Assembly (NCBI RefSeq): GCF_035084215.1
Contig: NC_090368.1
Coordinates: forward strand, 3,224,001-3,288,000
Direction: 5' to 3'
DNA: 64,000 nt
Origin: Heptranchias perlo
Taxonomy: Eukaryota
The translations under genes and the position numbers were made by a program. Position 1 is the first letter of the stretch. The number at the start of each line of letters is the position of its first letter. The notes below the pieces were generated by a model, which made no database searches, was not told the DNA's origin, and worked only from the letters and a program-made list of their open reading frames with translations. Shown here piece after piece: positions 24,688 to 37,581 of the stretch.

Positions 24688-25247
24688 TTATCACATTTTT
24701 TACTCTTCATTCTCAGTCTGCCCATTCACTGCCCATTCGCTGCCCATTCACTGCCCAGTCCTCGTTGACCTTACTGAGTGGTTTTTCTCGGCCACTTCAG
24801 AGGGCCGTTACGAGTCAAACCACTGATGTGGGACTGGACTCACGTAAAAGAAAGAACTTGCTTTTCCATCCGGCCTTTCACGGCCTCGGGACGTCCCAAA
24901 GCGATTCACAGCCAATGAAGTAATTTTTTGAAGTGCGTTCACTGTTGTGATGTCGGAAACGCGGCAGCCGATTTGTGCACAGCAAGATCCCACAAACAGC
25001 AATAAGATAATCTGTTTTTAGTGACGTTGGTTGAGGGATAAATATCGGCCCCAGGACACCGGGGAGAACTCCCCCCCCCCCCCCCCTGCTCTTCCTCCAA
25101 TAGTGGCCGTGGGGTTTCAGAGCCAGGTCGAGCAGACTTGATCCGCTTGCCGTGACTTCAGATTGTCATTTGCAATTGGTAGACGACGTTGACGCACTGC
25201 TCCGTTCTCTCCTCCATCCAGCGTTCTCTCTGGCATTGCCTCGAAGC

Positions 25248-25358
25248 ATGGCGGTACCCGTGACGCACCAGCTTCCCTTTCGGCAGCAGAAGCAGAGGGC
25301 AGCGGACATCGTACGCCTCCTGTCCCTCTACACCAACATCCTGGACTCGTACGTGATC
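25248..25358 (+). CDS. METTL25B: METTL25B/RRNAD1 coding exon 1
   Basis: MAVPVTHQLPFRQQKQRAADIVRLLSLYTNILDSYVI|gtaagt; resembles human ...VLALYRSILDAYII; acceptor at 25220-25221. Confidence 0.9.
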
Positions 25359-26034
25359 GTAAGTCCGCATTAAGCGTCTCTTAGACTCGGTTGTCGGGCT
25401 CCTTGTTGGTGGTTCAGTGGGAACGACAACAACCTGCATTCATATAGCGCCTTTAACGTAGTAAAACGTCCCAGGGCGCTTCCCAGGAAAATTTGACACC
25501 GAGCCACATGAGATATTAAGACAGGTGACCAAAAGCTTGGTCAAAGAGGTAGGTTTTAAGGAGCGTCTTAAAGGAGGAGAGAGAGGCGGAGAGGTTTAGG
25601 GAGGGAATTCCAGAGATTTAGGGCCCAGGCAGCTGAAGGCACGGCCGCCAATGGTGGAGCGATGGAAATCGGGGATGCGCAAGAAGCCAGAATTGGAGGA
25701 GCGCAGGGATCTCGGAGGCTTGTAGGGCTGGAGGAGGTTACAGAGATATGGAGGGGGTGAGGGCCATGGAGGGATTTGATCATGAGGATGAGAATTTTAA
25801 ATTCTCATTACGTGCAGTACTGGCCTGTACAGAGCAGGCTCAGTGCTGAGTTGGCCGATCTTAGCCAGGGGTAAAGGTTGAGGCATTACAGAATGACCTC
25901 AATGACCATGGAAAAATGAGCCTGGGAACCTGTTCCTGGAACATGGTGTGCAGACGTCAGGTGAAGACCGGATCAGGCTTGTCCAAATTCTCTCAGAATC
26001 TCGACATCTTTCTGACCCGCTCTGCTACTTTCTC

Positions 26035-26750
26035 AGTGTCCCATTACCCCAGTGTCTCAGTGTCCCAGTGTCTCGGGTCCCAGTGTCTCAGTGTCTCATT
26101 ATCCCAGTGTCTCATTATCCCAGTGTCTCAGTGCCCCATTATCCCAGTGCCCCATTATCCCAGTGCCCCATTATCCCAGTGCCCCATTATCCCAGTGTCT
26201 CAGGGTCCCAGTGTCTCATTATCCCAGTGTCTCAGGGTCCCAGTGTCCCAGTGCCCCATTATCTCAGTGCCCCATTATCCCAGTGTCTCAGTGTCCCATT
26301 ATCCCAGTGTCTCAGTGTCCCAGTGTCTCAGGGTCCCATTATCCCAGTGTCTCAGTGTACCAGTGTCTCAGGGTCCCATTATCCCAGTGTCTCAGGGTCC
26401 CATTATCCCATTATCCCAATGTCTCAGGGTCCCATTATCCCAGTGTCTCAGGAACCCATTATCCCAGTGTCTCAGGAACCCATTATCCCAGTGTCTCAGG
26501 GTCCCATTATCCCATTATCCCAATGTCCCAGGGTCCCAGTGTCCCAGTGTCTCAGGAACCCATTATCCCAGTGTCTCAGGAACCCATTATCCCAGTGTCT
26601 CAGGGTCCCATGGTCCCAGGGTCCCAGTGTCTCAGGGTCCCAGTGTCTCAGGGTCCCATTGTCCCAGTGTCCCAGTGTCCCAGGGTCCCAGTGTCCCAGT
26701 GTCTCAGGGTCCCATTGTCCCAGTGTCTCAGTATCCCACTATCCCAGTTC
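26035..26750. repeat. Compound 8-mer satellite (CCCAGTGT/CTCAGGGT/CCCATTAT/CTCAGTGT)
   Basis: Irregular ordering of related 8-bp cells. Confidence 0.9.
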
Positions 26751-26992
26751 CCCACTGTGTTTCATTCTCTGGATCCCTACATTCTGCCTTGTTTCCCAGT
26801 CTCCCTCTATCCTGTTCCAGTTGGATGTGGATTGGGTTGATCGGTAACATCCCTTGAGCCATTGAGCAAGAATGTTTCATTTTAAATAACCATCCATTTG
26901 TTTTTCCTCCCCCTATATGTTGCTGCACTGCAGCTAACTTTATTTATCCTCCCCCCTCCCTCACCTCCTCCTCCTCCGATCCCGTCTCCTAG

Positions 26993-27099
26993 GAATTTTT
27001 CAGTGAAAATCTTTGGGAGAAGGTTCCCCGTTCCTGGCAGACGACACTGTCCGATTTAACCGCTCCACAGTTATCCACGTATATAGCGCCTTTAATGTA
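26993..27099 (+). CDS. METTL25B: METTL25B coding exon 2 (3' boundary uncertain: 27078, 27096 or 27099)
   Basis: tag|EFFSENLWEKVPRSWQTTLSDLTAPQLS resembles human [28 protein letters not shown]; runs into an antisense L2 tail. Confidence 0.85.
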
Positions 27100-28861
27100 G
27101 TAAAACGTCCCGAGGGGCTTCACAGCAGCGATTATCAAACAAAATTTGACACCGAGCCACGTAAGGAGATATTAGGACAGGTGACCAAAAGCTTGGTCAA
27201 AGAGGGAGGTTTTAAGGAGCGTCTTAAAGGAGGAGAGAGAGAGGCGGAGAGGATTAGGGAGGGAATTCCAGAGTTTAGGGCCCGGGCAGCTGAAGGCACG
27301 GCCGCCAATGGTGGAGCGATGGAAATCGGGGATGGGCAAGAGGCCAGAATTGGAGGAGCGCAGGGATCTCGGAGTGTTGCGGGACTGGAGGAGGTTACAG
27401 AGATAGGGAGGGGGGGGGGGGGCGAGGAGGCCATGGAGAGATTTGAAGACGAGGATGAGAATTTTAAAACCGGGAGCCGACGTAGGACAGCGAGCGCAGG
27501 GGGTGATGGCTGAACGGTTGCGAGTCAGAATACGGGGCAGCTAGAGTTTTGGACGAGCTGCCAAAGACTCCCAACCCCGATGGCTCAGGCAGTGAAGGGG
27601 GAGCCATATATACGGCAGGAAACTTCCAATTTCGAAGCCTGCTCGGTTGCCGGCAGTTCCCCCAGTACCTCGCCCAGTGACCGTTAGGGTATTGGCCCCG
27701 GCCGAACCCGATCCCGAGCATTCTCCGGCAGGAATCACTAGGTGGCAGTCAGGAACGAGAAACGCTCAGTCAGCATCTCCCGACGCTGTGACCTCTGCCA
27801 CCGAGAAGGCCAAGAGCAGCAACATCGCGGGCACTCCATCTCTTAGATCAGTCGAGTAGATTCCTCCACATCATATAGGTTCGGACGCCAGAGATAAATC
27901 AACTTGTTTGTTTTATTAATATCGACAGAAAGTACAAGCAGGGTCTGTGTCTATATACTCACCAGTAGGATATCCATCGGGGTCTGCGAACTACTAATCA
28001 ATCCAGGTGCGTTCTCAGCACGGAATACCCAATAATTACTGAAAGTGAGGCTATTTATGGCTGTGTAGTGACAGAATGGAGATGATTGGGTAATTCCCCG
28101 GTCAATCACGCCCGGGGACCGCGCTGCTGTAAGTGACTGGGATTGATTTTACGCACGTAATTTGTATTACGTAACTCTTCTCCTCTCACCACATCTTGCG
28201 GGAGAAATCTCCCTGCTTTTATCGGGAGAAGTTGCTGCAGTTTCGGTCATGTGTTCTGTTTGCTGTAGTTCGTAGAGTTTCTTTTTTAAATAGATTCTGT
28301 AGACTGTCTGCTGTAGTGGCGCTGTTTAAGTAGACTCCTATGGACAGTGGTATCAATAGACATGCTGCTTATTTATACAACCAGATGGACAATGTCAGGT
28401 GTCTTGCTCTAAACCTATCAATTCTGAGATTATTGTCACGTGATCTTTGTCACGTGCTACTACACCAGTTTTGGCAATAGCGTACCACAAACACTGCACT
28501 CTCACTGGAATGTTTTGTTTATGGAGAAGATTTCGCTCGGTTATAAACGTCACACCTTAACAGAATGATAAATATTTTGGCTCCAAACTGGTGCCAATTG
28601 TTTACACAAATCCTTCGAAGTGCAGTTTCACCCTGAGCCATAGGAACAGGAGGAGGCCATTCAGCCCCTCGAGCCTGTTCCGCCATTGACTGAGATCACG
28701 GCCCGATCATTTTTATTACCCTGGGGAGGGCTGTCGTCACCTGTGCCCTCAGGAGCGGAGTGAACTGGGAGAGGCGGTGGGGGGGGAGAATGACGAGACT
28801 GAAAACCGTTTACCTGTTCTCTCTCTCTCCCTCTCTCTTTCTGTGTGTTTTTTTTTTGCAG

Positions 28862-29090
28862 CCGCGAGTCCGTGTGGCCGCTCTCGCTGCTGGCGTACAA
28901 GGCGGCTGCCCACGGGCTGGCCTTTCCCCGGGAGCCCTGTGCCGGCACTTCCCCTCCCTCCGTGGCAGCGGCAGCCAGATCGAGGCCGGAGGAATTCCGG
29001 GCGGACAGGAGCCAGAGCTCGGTGCTCGGCCACCTCTTCCGGAAGCACGTCAAGCCCAAGAAGCAGCACGAAATCGGCAAACTGGGCGCG
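28862..29090 (+). CDS. METTL25B: METTL25B coding exon 3
   Basis: [13 protein letters not shown]...[18 protein letters not shown]|gt; phase 2/0. Confidence 0.95.
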
Positions 29091-29989
29091 GTACGGCACG
29101 TCTGGCGGCGAGACGGACGGCACTGGGGACGACCGGTGCCCGGGGGACGTGCAGAGTGGTGCCAGTGTCGATAGAATAGAAGCAGGATTTCGGGAGGGGC
29201 GGAGTAAATCGCCAGTGTTACCGGGCGACGTAAAGGAGTTGGGGAACATCCAGTGTAGAAAGAAAAGGAGTTGCATTTATATAGAGCCTTTCACCGCCTC
29301 AGCGCATTACAGCCAGCAAAGTATTATTTTTGAAGTGTAGTCACTGTTGTAATGTAGGAAACGCAGCAGCCAATTTGCGCACAGCAAGATCCCACAAACA
29401 GCAATGAGATAATGACCAGATCATGTTTTTTTAGTCTCGTTGGTTGAGGGATAAATATCGGCCCCAGGACACCGGGGAGAACCCTCCCCCTCCCCCTCCC
29501 CCTCCCCCGCTCTTCTTCCAATCGTGGCCCCGTGCGATCTTTCACATCCACCCGAGAGGGGCAGACGGGGCCTCACCTGAAAGACGGCACCTCCGACAGT
29601 GCAGCGCTCCCTCGGTACTGGCACCGGGAGAGCCGGCCTGGATTGTGGGCTCAAGTCTCTGGAGTGGGGCTCGAACCTTCTGACTCAGAGACGAGAGAGA
29701 GAGAGAGACCCACTGAGTCACGGCTGGCTCAGGATATATAGCTTACCGCTGCATCCCGGGAGACGTAAAGTATGTTGGGAGATAGAGCACCGTGGAATGT
29801 AGTCGGATGGTGCAGAACGCGCTGGGAGATTTGTATTGTTATTGGCCTCGCTGGCAGATGCAGAGTACGCTGGAAGGCCATATCGGCTGTTAATGGTGTA
29901 GCTCGCAGGTGTACAGTAATCTGTGAGGTATAAACTGCAGTCTGCTGGGCAAAAACAGTTACCTTGATGTCTCTTTCCCTCGCTGCCAG

Positions 29990-30052
29990 CTCGTTAAGAA
30001 GCTATGCGACGCAACTGGGTGTGAACATGTGATTGACGTCGGATCTGGGCAG
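29990..30052 (+). CDS. METTL25B: METTL25B coding exon 4
   Basis: LVKKLCDATGCEHVIDVGSGQ; SAM-binding motif I (DxGxG). Confidence 0.95.
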
Positions 30053-31197
30053 GTACGTCAGACAACGCTGTGGGATTGTACTTTATCGGGGGGAAGGGGG
30101 GGACTTTTATGCTCTGTGGACACTTGCATCTAACTCCAGTTATGGGGAGAGACTGGGATTGTTCTCCTTAGAACAGAGAAAGTTAAGGAGAGATTTAACA
30201 GAGGCGTTTTGACAGAGAAAGTAAGGAGAATCTGTTCCCAGTGGAGGAGGGTCGGTAACCAGAGGACACAGATTTAAGATAATTGGCAAAAAAAAACAGA
30301 GGGGGAGATGAGGAGAAATGTTTTTTTACGCAGCGAGTTGTTCTGATCTGGAATGCGCTGCCTGAAAGGGCGGTGGAAGCAGATTCAATAGTAACTTTCA
30401 AAAGGGAATTGGATAAATACTTGAAGGGGAAAACATTTTCAGGGCAGGGGGGGAGTGGGATTAATTAGATCGCTCTTTCAAAGAGCTGGCACAGCACGAT
30501 GGGCTGAATGGCCTCCTTCTGTGCTGTACCTTCTGTGAACCATTTATAAATCCCGTGTAAGGCACGCTGTTCCTGTCTGCAAACCTTACTTCCCGTTGCC
30601 GTGATTTTTGGTCCTGCTTTTCTGGTCAATGTTTACCGCTATGTCCACTGTCACGGGGTAGTACATGGAATGTACAGCACAGAAACAGGCCATTCGGCCC
30701 AACAGGTCCATGCCGATGTCAATGCCCCCACACGAGCCTCCCTCCCTCCCAACTTTATCTCACCCCATCAGTAGTCGCAGGCTCTGGCTACTAGTTGCCC
30801 ACTTCCGCACCCGGTGTGGTACCGAGCCCCACACGCGCAGAGCAGGACAGGCCCAGGCTCCATCTCGGGCCTGTGCTGAGCGAGCCGATCTCAGCAGGGT
30901 GCAGAGCCTGGCCGCGACGGTTGGCCTGAGCCTCCGGGCGACGGAGGGGGACTAAAAAAAAAGCAGCCAGCGTTCCCACCTCCAATCCGGTGACTCTAAG
31001 GCCACCTGTATGAGGACCGGCCTCCGCGATGCCGTCCACAGTCGAATAGCCGGCCAGCGGACACTTCACTTGGGCGGGGTGCCGGAGGGACAGCCAGCCC
31101 AGCAAGAGAACCTTTCGGGGGAGGCAGGGACAGAGCTGGAACTATCAAGCCGCCCGCTGCGTCTAACCCCGTCACTCTCTGTCCTCTCGTCGGCCAG

Positions 31198-31341
31198 GGT
31201 CACCTGTCTCGCTACCTTGCGTTCCGGCACGGGCTGCACCTCACCGGGGTGGAAGCGGGGGAGGAGCTGGTTGCCACGGCGAGGCAGTTTGACAGACAGC
31301 TGCTGCTCACCCTGCAGAAAGAAGCAGCAAGGAAATCAAAG
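31198..31341 (+). CDS. METTL25B: METTL25B coding exon 5
   Basis: GHLSRYLAFRHGLHLTGVE...LQKEAARKSK|gtgaga; 144 nt. Confidence 0.93.
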
Positions 31342-31385
31342 GTGAGAGAATGGAGATATGATCGCGAGGTGTGGCAGTGAGAGGG

Positions 31386-32153
31386 GGGTCGGGTACAGAC
31401 ACTGCCGGCCTGTATTAACAGGGTCAGGTACAGACACTGCCCGCCTGTATTAACAGGGTCGGGTACAGACACTGCCCGCCTGTATTAACAGGGTCGGGTA
31501 CAGACACTGCCCGCCTGTATTAACAGGGTCGGGTACAGACACTGCCCGCCTGTATTAACAGGGTCGGGTACAGACACTGCCCGCCTGTATTAACAGGGTC
31601 GGGTACAGACACTGCCAGCCTGTATTAACAGGGTCGGGTACAGACACTGCCCGCCTGTATTAACAGGGTCAGGTACAGACACTGCCCGCCTGTATTAACA
31701 GAGTCGGGTACAGACACTGCCCGCCTGCATTAACAGGGTCGGGTACAGACACTGCCAGCCTGTATTAACAAGGTCGGGTACAGACACTGCCCGCCTGTAT
31801 TAACAGGGTCGGGTACAGACACTGCCCGCCTGTATTAACAGAGTCGGGTACAGACACTGCCCGCCTGTATTAACAGGGTCGGGTACAGACACTGCCCGCC
31901 TGTATTAACAGAGTCGGGTACAGACACTGCCCGCCTGTATTAACAGGGTCGGGTACAGACACAGCCCGCCTGTATTAACAGGGTCGGGTACAGACACTGC
32001 CCGCCTGTATTAACAGAGTCGGGTACAGACACTGCCCGCCTGTATTAACAGGGTCAGGTACAGACACAGCCCGCCTGTATTAACAGGGTCGGGTACAGAC
32101 ACTGCCCGCCTGTATTAACAGGGTCAGGTACAGACACTGCCCGCCTGTATTAA
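31386..32153. repeat. 35-bp minisatellite, ~22 copies (GGGTCGGGTACAGACACTGCCCGCCTGTATTAACA)
   Basis: Near-identical tandem units with no spacers. Confidence 0.95.
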
Positions 32154-32399
32154 GAGTCTGTCTCACCCAGTGGCCTCAAACAGTGGAGAAGAACAAGTCA
32201 TTTCCACCAGTAGGGTGCAGTCCATATCATAACATGAGTAGCAACATACTTTACCTCTCCGAGCAACACCAGTAGCATGGTATATACCTCTCTGGAGCTC
32301 GCATGGTGCCTGCAAAAGCCAGCATCTGTTTGTGGATGAGGGGGGGGGAAGAGGGTATCACAAACTAGTCATGATTTGACCGCCTTGTTTTCTGTGCAG

Positions 32400-32998
32400 A
32401 GTGAAGAGGGCCGGGAGAGCCCGAAGATCGAGCCCGCCAGGATCCGGCTCCCCAGACACCTGGTGGGATGGGTCGATCCCAGGGCGCCGTGGGGGGACTT
32501 CCTGCGGCTGCTGGAGTCAGACGGCGGCCCCGAGCGGGAGGGGACCCGGGGGGGTCCCCAATCCCCCCGCTGGGGGCCGGATGCCCCCTTTGTGCTGACG
32601 GGGCTCCACGCCTGCGGGGACCTGGGCCCCGCCGCCCTGCGCCACTTTGCCCAGTGCCCCAATGCCCTCGCCATCACCGCCGTCTCCTGCTGCTACATGA
32701 AAACCACAGCCGCCGCCGATCAGGTGCCCCCTCCTCCCCGGGCAGGGGGCTCGGAGACGGGCTACCCCATGAGCTCGTGGGTGAGGGGCCTCCCCGGGCA
32801 TGGGCTGCCCTACAAGCTGCGGGAGACGGCCTGCCACGCCATCGAGGGCTACGCCGGGCGACTGAAGAGGGAGAGCGCGGAGCTCCGCGTCCACTGTTAC
32901 CGGGCTGCGCTGGAGACCATCATCAGGCAGCTCGACCCCGGGCTCAGGCGACCGGGAGTGCAGCTCGCCAGGAAGGCTCATCTCCGCCCCTTCGAAGA
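32400..32998 (+). CDS. METTL25B: METTL25B coding exon 6
   Basis: LTGLHACGDLG, SCCYMK, LPYKLRETACHAIE, HCYRAALETII; donor GA|GTAAGC. Confidence 0.96.
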
Positions 32999-33693
32999 GT
33001 AAGCGGCCTGTTCTCGGCCACCACTACGCGCGCCTCTAACGTAGTAAATAAAACAGCACGGGAGCTTTACCGAGAATTTGACGCCAAGCCACGTAAGGAG
33101 ATATGTGAGCTTGGTCAAAGAGGTAAGCTTTAAGGAGGAGAGAGAGGCGGAGAGGTTTAGGGAGGGAATTCCAGAGCTTAGGGCCCAGGCAGCTGAAGGC
33201 ACAGCCGCCATCTCGGTCCTAAATGGTCGACCCCCTATCTTGAGACTGTGCCCCCTCGTTCTAGACTCTCCAACCTCTCAGCATCTACCCTGTAAAGCCT
33301 CTAAGAATTTTATACGTTTCAATGAGATCACCTCTCATTCTCCTAAACTCCAGAGAGTACAGGCCCATTCTACTCAATCTCTCCTCATAGGACAACCCTC
33401 TCATCCCAGGAATTAATCTGGTGAACCTTCATTGCACCCCCTCTAAGGCAAGTATATCCATCCTTAGATAAGGAGACCAGAACCATACACAGTACTCCAG
33501 ATGTGGTCTCACCAGAGCCCTGTACAATTGCAGCAAGACTTCCCAACTCACACACCAACCCCCTTGCAATAAAGGCTAACATACCATTTGCCTTCCTAAT
33601 TGCACCTGAAGGGGAGGGGAGGGGAGAAAATGGGAGGGTCCATTCTCTACATTAATGCCCCCCTCTCCTCCCCCCCCGATTTTGTTTACGCAG

Positions 33694-33878
33694 GTATGCT
33701 CGTGCCGGCCTGCAGAAGCTGGGCTTTGACCCTGGAACCCAATGGGATGCCAGTCTGGTGCAGTCGATGCTGGGACAGGAGGGGAAGGTGGTGGCCTATT
33801 TCTGCCTCAGCCTGCTGCTGGCTCCGGTGATCGAGACCCTCATTCTCCTGGACAGAGCCATCTACCTACAGGAGCAAG
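33694..33878 (+). CDS. METTL25B: METTL25B coding exon 7
   Basis: YARAGLQKLG...LLLAPVIETLILLDRAIYLQEQG; phase 2/1. Confidence 0.95.
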
Positions 33879-34829
33879 GTAAGGCAAAGGGAGGTGGGCA
33901 GGAGGGGGTCAGTTAACAAAAAACACACTGTTCCCATCTTTTACCTGCAGGATCCGACGGCGTGCACTACCTCTGCCTGCCTGCGGGTAGTGCTGCCGAG
34001 ACAGGTTGAGACTCAGGGTTGAAGTACCGCAGTGTGCCTCCTCGTGGCGCTGTCGAGACAGGCTGACTGGACCCATATAACTTGCATTTATATAGCGCCT
34101 ATGGCAGGACACTGGGAGAACTCGCTGATCTTTAACGTAGTGAAACGTCCCGAGGCGCTTCACGGGAGTGTTGGCGAACAAAATTTGACACCGAACCATA
34201 TTAGGACAGGTGACCAAAAGCTTGGTCAAAGAGGTAGGTTTTTAAGGAGCGTCTTAAAGGAGGAGAGAGAGGCGGAGAGGTTTAGGGAGGGAATTCCAGA
34301 GCTTAGGGCCCAGGCGGCTGAAGGCACGGCCGCCAATGGTGGAGCGATGGAAATCGGGGATGGGCAAGAGGCCAGAATTGGAGGAGCGCAGAGATCTCGG
34401 AGGGTTATGGGGCTGGAGGAGGTATTTGGAAACAAGGATGAGAATTTTAAAATCTAGGCATAAGAACCAATTAATTACTTTAAAAGTGTAGTCACTGTTC
34501 CTTTGTAGGTAAACTCAGCAGCCAATTTGCACACAGCAAGGGCCCACAAACGGGTGAATGCTGGTGTTGATTGAGCCAAGAAAATGGGAGATCTCCCTGC
34601 ACAGACAGACTGGGCCTCAGTTAAACATCTCTTTCAAAAGACGGCACCTCTGACAGTGCAGCACTCCCTCAGTACCACACTGGGAGTGTCGGCCTAGCTG
34701 ACGTGCTCATGTCTCTGGAGTGGGGCTCGAACCCACCACCTCCTGAACTCAGAGGTGAGAGTGCTGCCCACTGAGAAAGTCCTGAACTTACACTTCAGTT
34801 TGCTACCTGACTTAAATTGCACCAAAATG

Positions 34830-35345
34830 TATTCAATTCTGGGCACCACACTTTAGGAAGGATGTCAAGGCCTTGGAGAGGGGGCAGAGGAGATTTACCA
34901 GAACGGTACCAGGGATGAGGAACTTCAGTTACGTGGAGAGACTGGAGAAGCTGGGATTGTTCTCCTTAGAACAGAGAAAGTTAAGGGGAGATTTAATAGA
35001 GGTGTTCAAAATTATGAAGGGGTTTTGATAGAGAAAATAAGGAGAAACTGTTTCCACTGGCAGGAGGGTCGGTAACCAGAGGACTCAGATTTAAGATAAT
35101 TGGTAAAAGAACCAGAGGGGAGATGAGAATTATTTTTCACACAGCGAGTTGTTCTGATCTGGAATTCGCTGCCTGAAAGGGCAGAGGAAGCAGATTCAAT
35201 AATAAATTTCAAACGGGGATTCGGATAAATTCTTGAAAAAGGGAAAAAATTTGAAAAGCGATGGGGGTAGACTGGGACTAATTGGATAACTCTTTCAAAG
35301 AGCTGGCACAGACCACGATGGGCCGAATGGCCGCCTGTGCTGTAC
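34830..35345 (+). mobile_element. CR1 3' fragment (similar pieces at 30135-30535 +, 33210-33605 -, 36060-36345 +)
   Basis: CR1 ORF2 C-terminal and 3' UTR motifs. Confidence 0.8.
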
Positions 35346-35494
35346 GGTTGTGTACGTACGCCTTGGCTTTTACTCCACGGCAGGATGGGACTGATGTCGG
35401 CATCGCTTGCTGTCTCAGCTAGACCCGGGGGGGGGGAGCTGTTATCTGAACCCTGACCTGCCACTGTCCTCACTGTCCTTTCTCTTTGTTGCAG

Positions 35495-35643
35495 GCTTTC
35501 AGTGCGAGCTGCTCCCGCTGTTCGACCCCAGATTCTCCCCCAGGAACCTCGTGCTGGTGGCCGCGAAGGACGGGCGTCGAGTCAGTGACCTCCTCCGCCC
35601 GGAAGAGGGCCGCAGGCGTCCGGACCAAGGCCGTGGAGTTTGA
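35495..35643 (+). CDS. METTL25B: METTL25B last coding exon
   Basis: GFQCELLPLFDPRFSPRNLVLVAAK...GV*; conserved SPRN motif. Confidence 0.95.
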
Positions 35644-35850
35644 TCCGCGGACCGGGCTCGGGAAGACGGGGGTCGAGGAGCTCGGATCACACTTTAAACA
35701 GACGAGGTGGATGTTGGGACTCGCGGGGTCCCAAACTCTGAAACTCTTTTTTAAAAAAAAACAAAAACAATTCCACTGCATTTACGGTGCATGTATTGAC
35801 TGACGAGTCAAGAGACAGCTCGCTCTCTCTACAGATATTACACGTCCTAC

Positions 35851-35856
35851 AATAAA
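35851..35856 (+). terminator. Probable METTL25B polyadenylation signal AATAAA
   Basis: About 210 nt downstream of the stop codon. Confidence 0.6.
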
Positions 35857-36753
35857 ATCACTCAGCAGCTGCAAAGAGAAACCCGAGTTGTTCTGACTCT
35901 GGCTACACTCAAAACAGTCCGACTTTGCCTGAGGGAAATAGCTAGAGGTGTGTGTGCATGTGTGTGTGTGTGTGTGTGTGAGAGAGATCGTCCATTCATG
36001 GATCGGAGAAAGACAAATCAGAGTATTTTCTGCACGTTGCAAGACTGCGAGCTGTGGAGGAGCGAAGGGATTTGGGTGTCCGGGTACACAAATCACTAAA
36101 CACTGGTGGGCAGGTACAAAAAGCAATCAAAAAGACCAATGGAACGTTGGCCTTTATCTCAAGGGGGGGGCTGGAATATAAAAGGGAAGTTATGCTTAAA
36201 TTGGCAGACCCCATCTGGAGATACCGCGTTCAGTTCTGGATGTATTGGCCTTGGAGGGGGTGCAGTGCAGGTTCACCAGAGAAGAGTTAAATGATGAGGA
36301 ATCGGTTGCACAGACTCGGCTTGTGTTCCCTTGAGTTTGAGAGAGATGAAACATTCAGAGAGCTTCGCTCTGCAGTGTCAGCCGGTGTGCCGGAGCCGAG
36401 GATGTGAGCTGATCTTGGTCATACTGACACTGCGCTGATTTACAGAACAGGACGAAGCAGCTCGAAGACGCTGGACAGCAGCACCCACACGTACCAGACC
36501 ACATAAACCTGCACTCACCTTTCCGAATCCAGCTTCCCCCCACACCCGCCCCGACTTTCTCCGGGGTTTAGGAATGAACAGGAACAGAGTTTAATTTTTT
36601 TTTTTAAAAACCTTTAATTGTACAACATTAAATAAGGCATGCTGCACATTCAAGGGTCTGTACTGATTAGACAAGGCCTGCCCATTAGTCTTGCTCCTTA
36701 ATCCTCCCCTTGCACTGGGCTGGGACAGTGTATGTGGTTAGACCCTTTAGAAA

Positions 36754-36890
36754 CTAATACCAGTAAGACTTCCTGCGGAGGCTGGTTTCACTAATGCCCA
36801 TTTTCTCCATCACTTCTTCCTCGAAGGTCCTCAGAGCAGGTGTGTACGTGCTCTCCAGTGTGTCCTCAGTGCTGGTGTCCTTTGGCCCAT
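36754..36890 (-). CDS. MRPL24: MRPL24 last coding exon
   Basis: [33 protein letters not shown]...SYWY*; ATTAAA at 36618-36613. Confidence 0.95.
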
Positions 36891-37000
36891 CTCAACACAA
36901 CCACAGAAGGTAAATCAGTGTCGTTCGACAACAAACAATTTCCATAGAGAGGGTTAAAAAAAACAAAACGGTGAATTCGCTACTCAGTGCTGAGGAATAG

Positions 37001-37235
37001 GGCACGGGTTAGATACAGAGTAAAGCTCCCTCTACACTGTCCCATCAAACACTCCCAGGGCAGGTACAGGGTTAGATACAGAGTAAAGCTCCCTCTACAC
37101 TGTCCCATCAAACACTCCCAGGGCAGGTACAGCACGGGTTCGATACAGAGTAAAGCTCCCTCTACACTGTCCCATCAAACACTCCCAGGGCAGGTACAGC
37201 ACGGGTTTGATACAGAGTAAAGCTCCCTCTACACT
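37001..37235. repeat. Short array (~3.5 units) of the 67/63-bp satellite
   Basis: Same monomer as 8154-9505. Confidence 0.9.
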
Positions 37236-37581
37236 GCCTCCAACCTTAGAACAGTTTTTAAATCTGCAGAAAATTCCTTGTCCCTGACCTCGAGTGCTGC
37301 GGCCCCACAGCGGCAATGCCTGCGTTGAAGGCGCTCTCTAAATGCAAGCTGATGCGGCACAAGCCTGCGACCACCCTGGGACACTCAGACTGAGAAGCCG
37401 CTGGGCCAGGAGGGAAGATTCGACAGCAATATCTGCTTTCTTTCCCCAAGAGTTAGCAGGACATTTGATGCAGGATTCCCGGTCGGGGTCTCCGTATGTG
37501 GGCACTTTATTCACTATAGTCTGACCGGGGGAACTTAAAAGCAGGAAAAGGCGGGAGGGAGCTACCAGGTACACAACTCAC

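Noticed and set aside
20297-24923. ORFs up to 1465 aa (Pro/Gly-rich)
   Set aside because: Translations of a stop-poor satellite, open in most frames on both strands.
31386-32153. CRISPR-like regular repeats (also 8154-9505)
   Set aside because: No unique spacers, no cas genes, vertebrate context.
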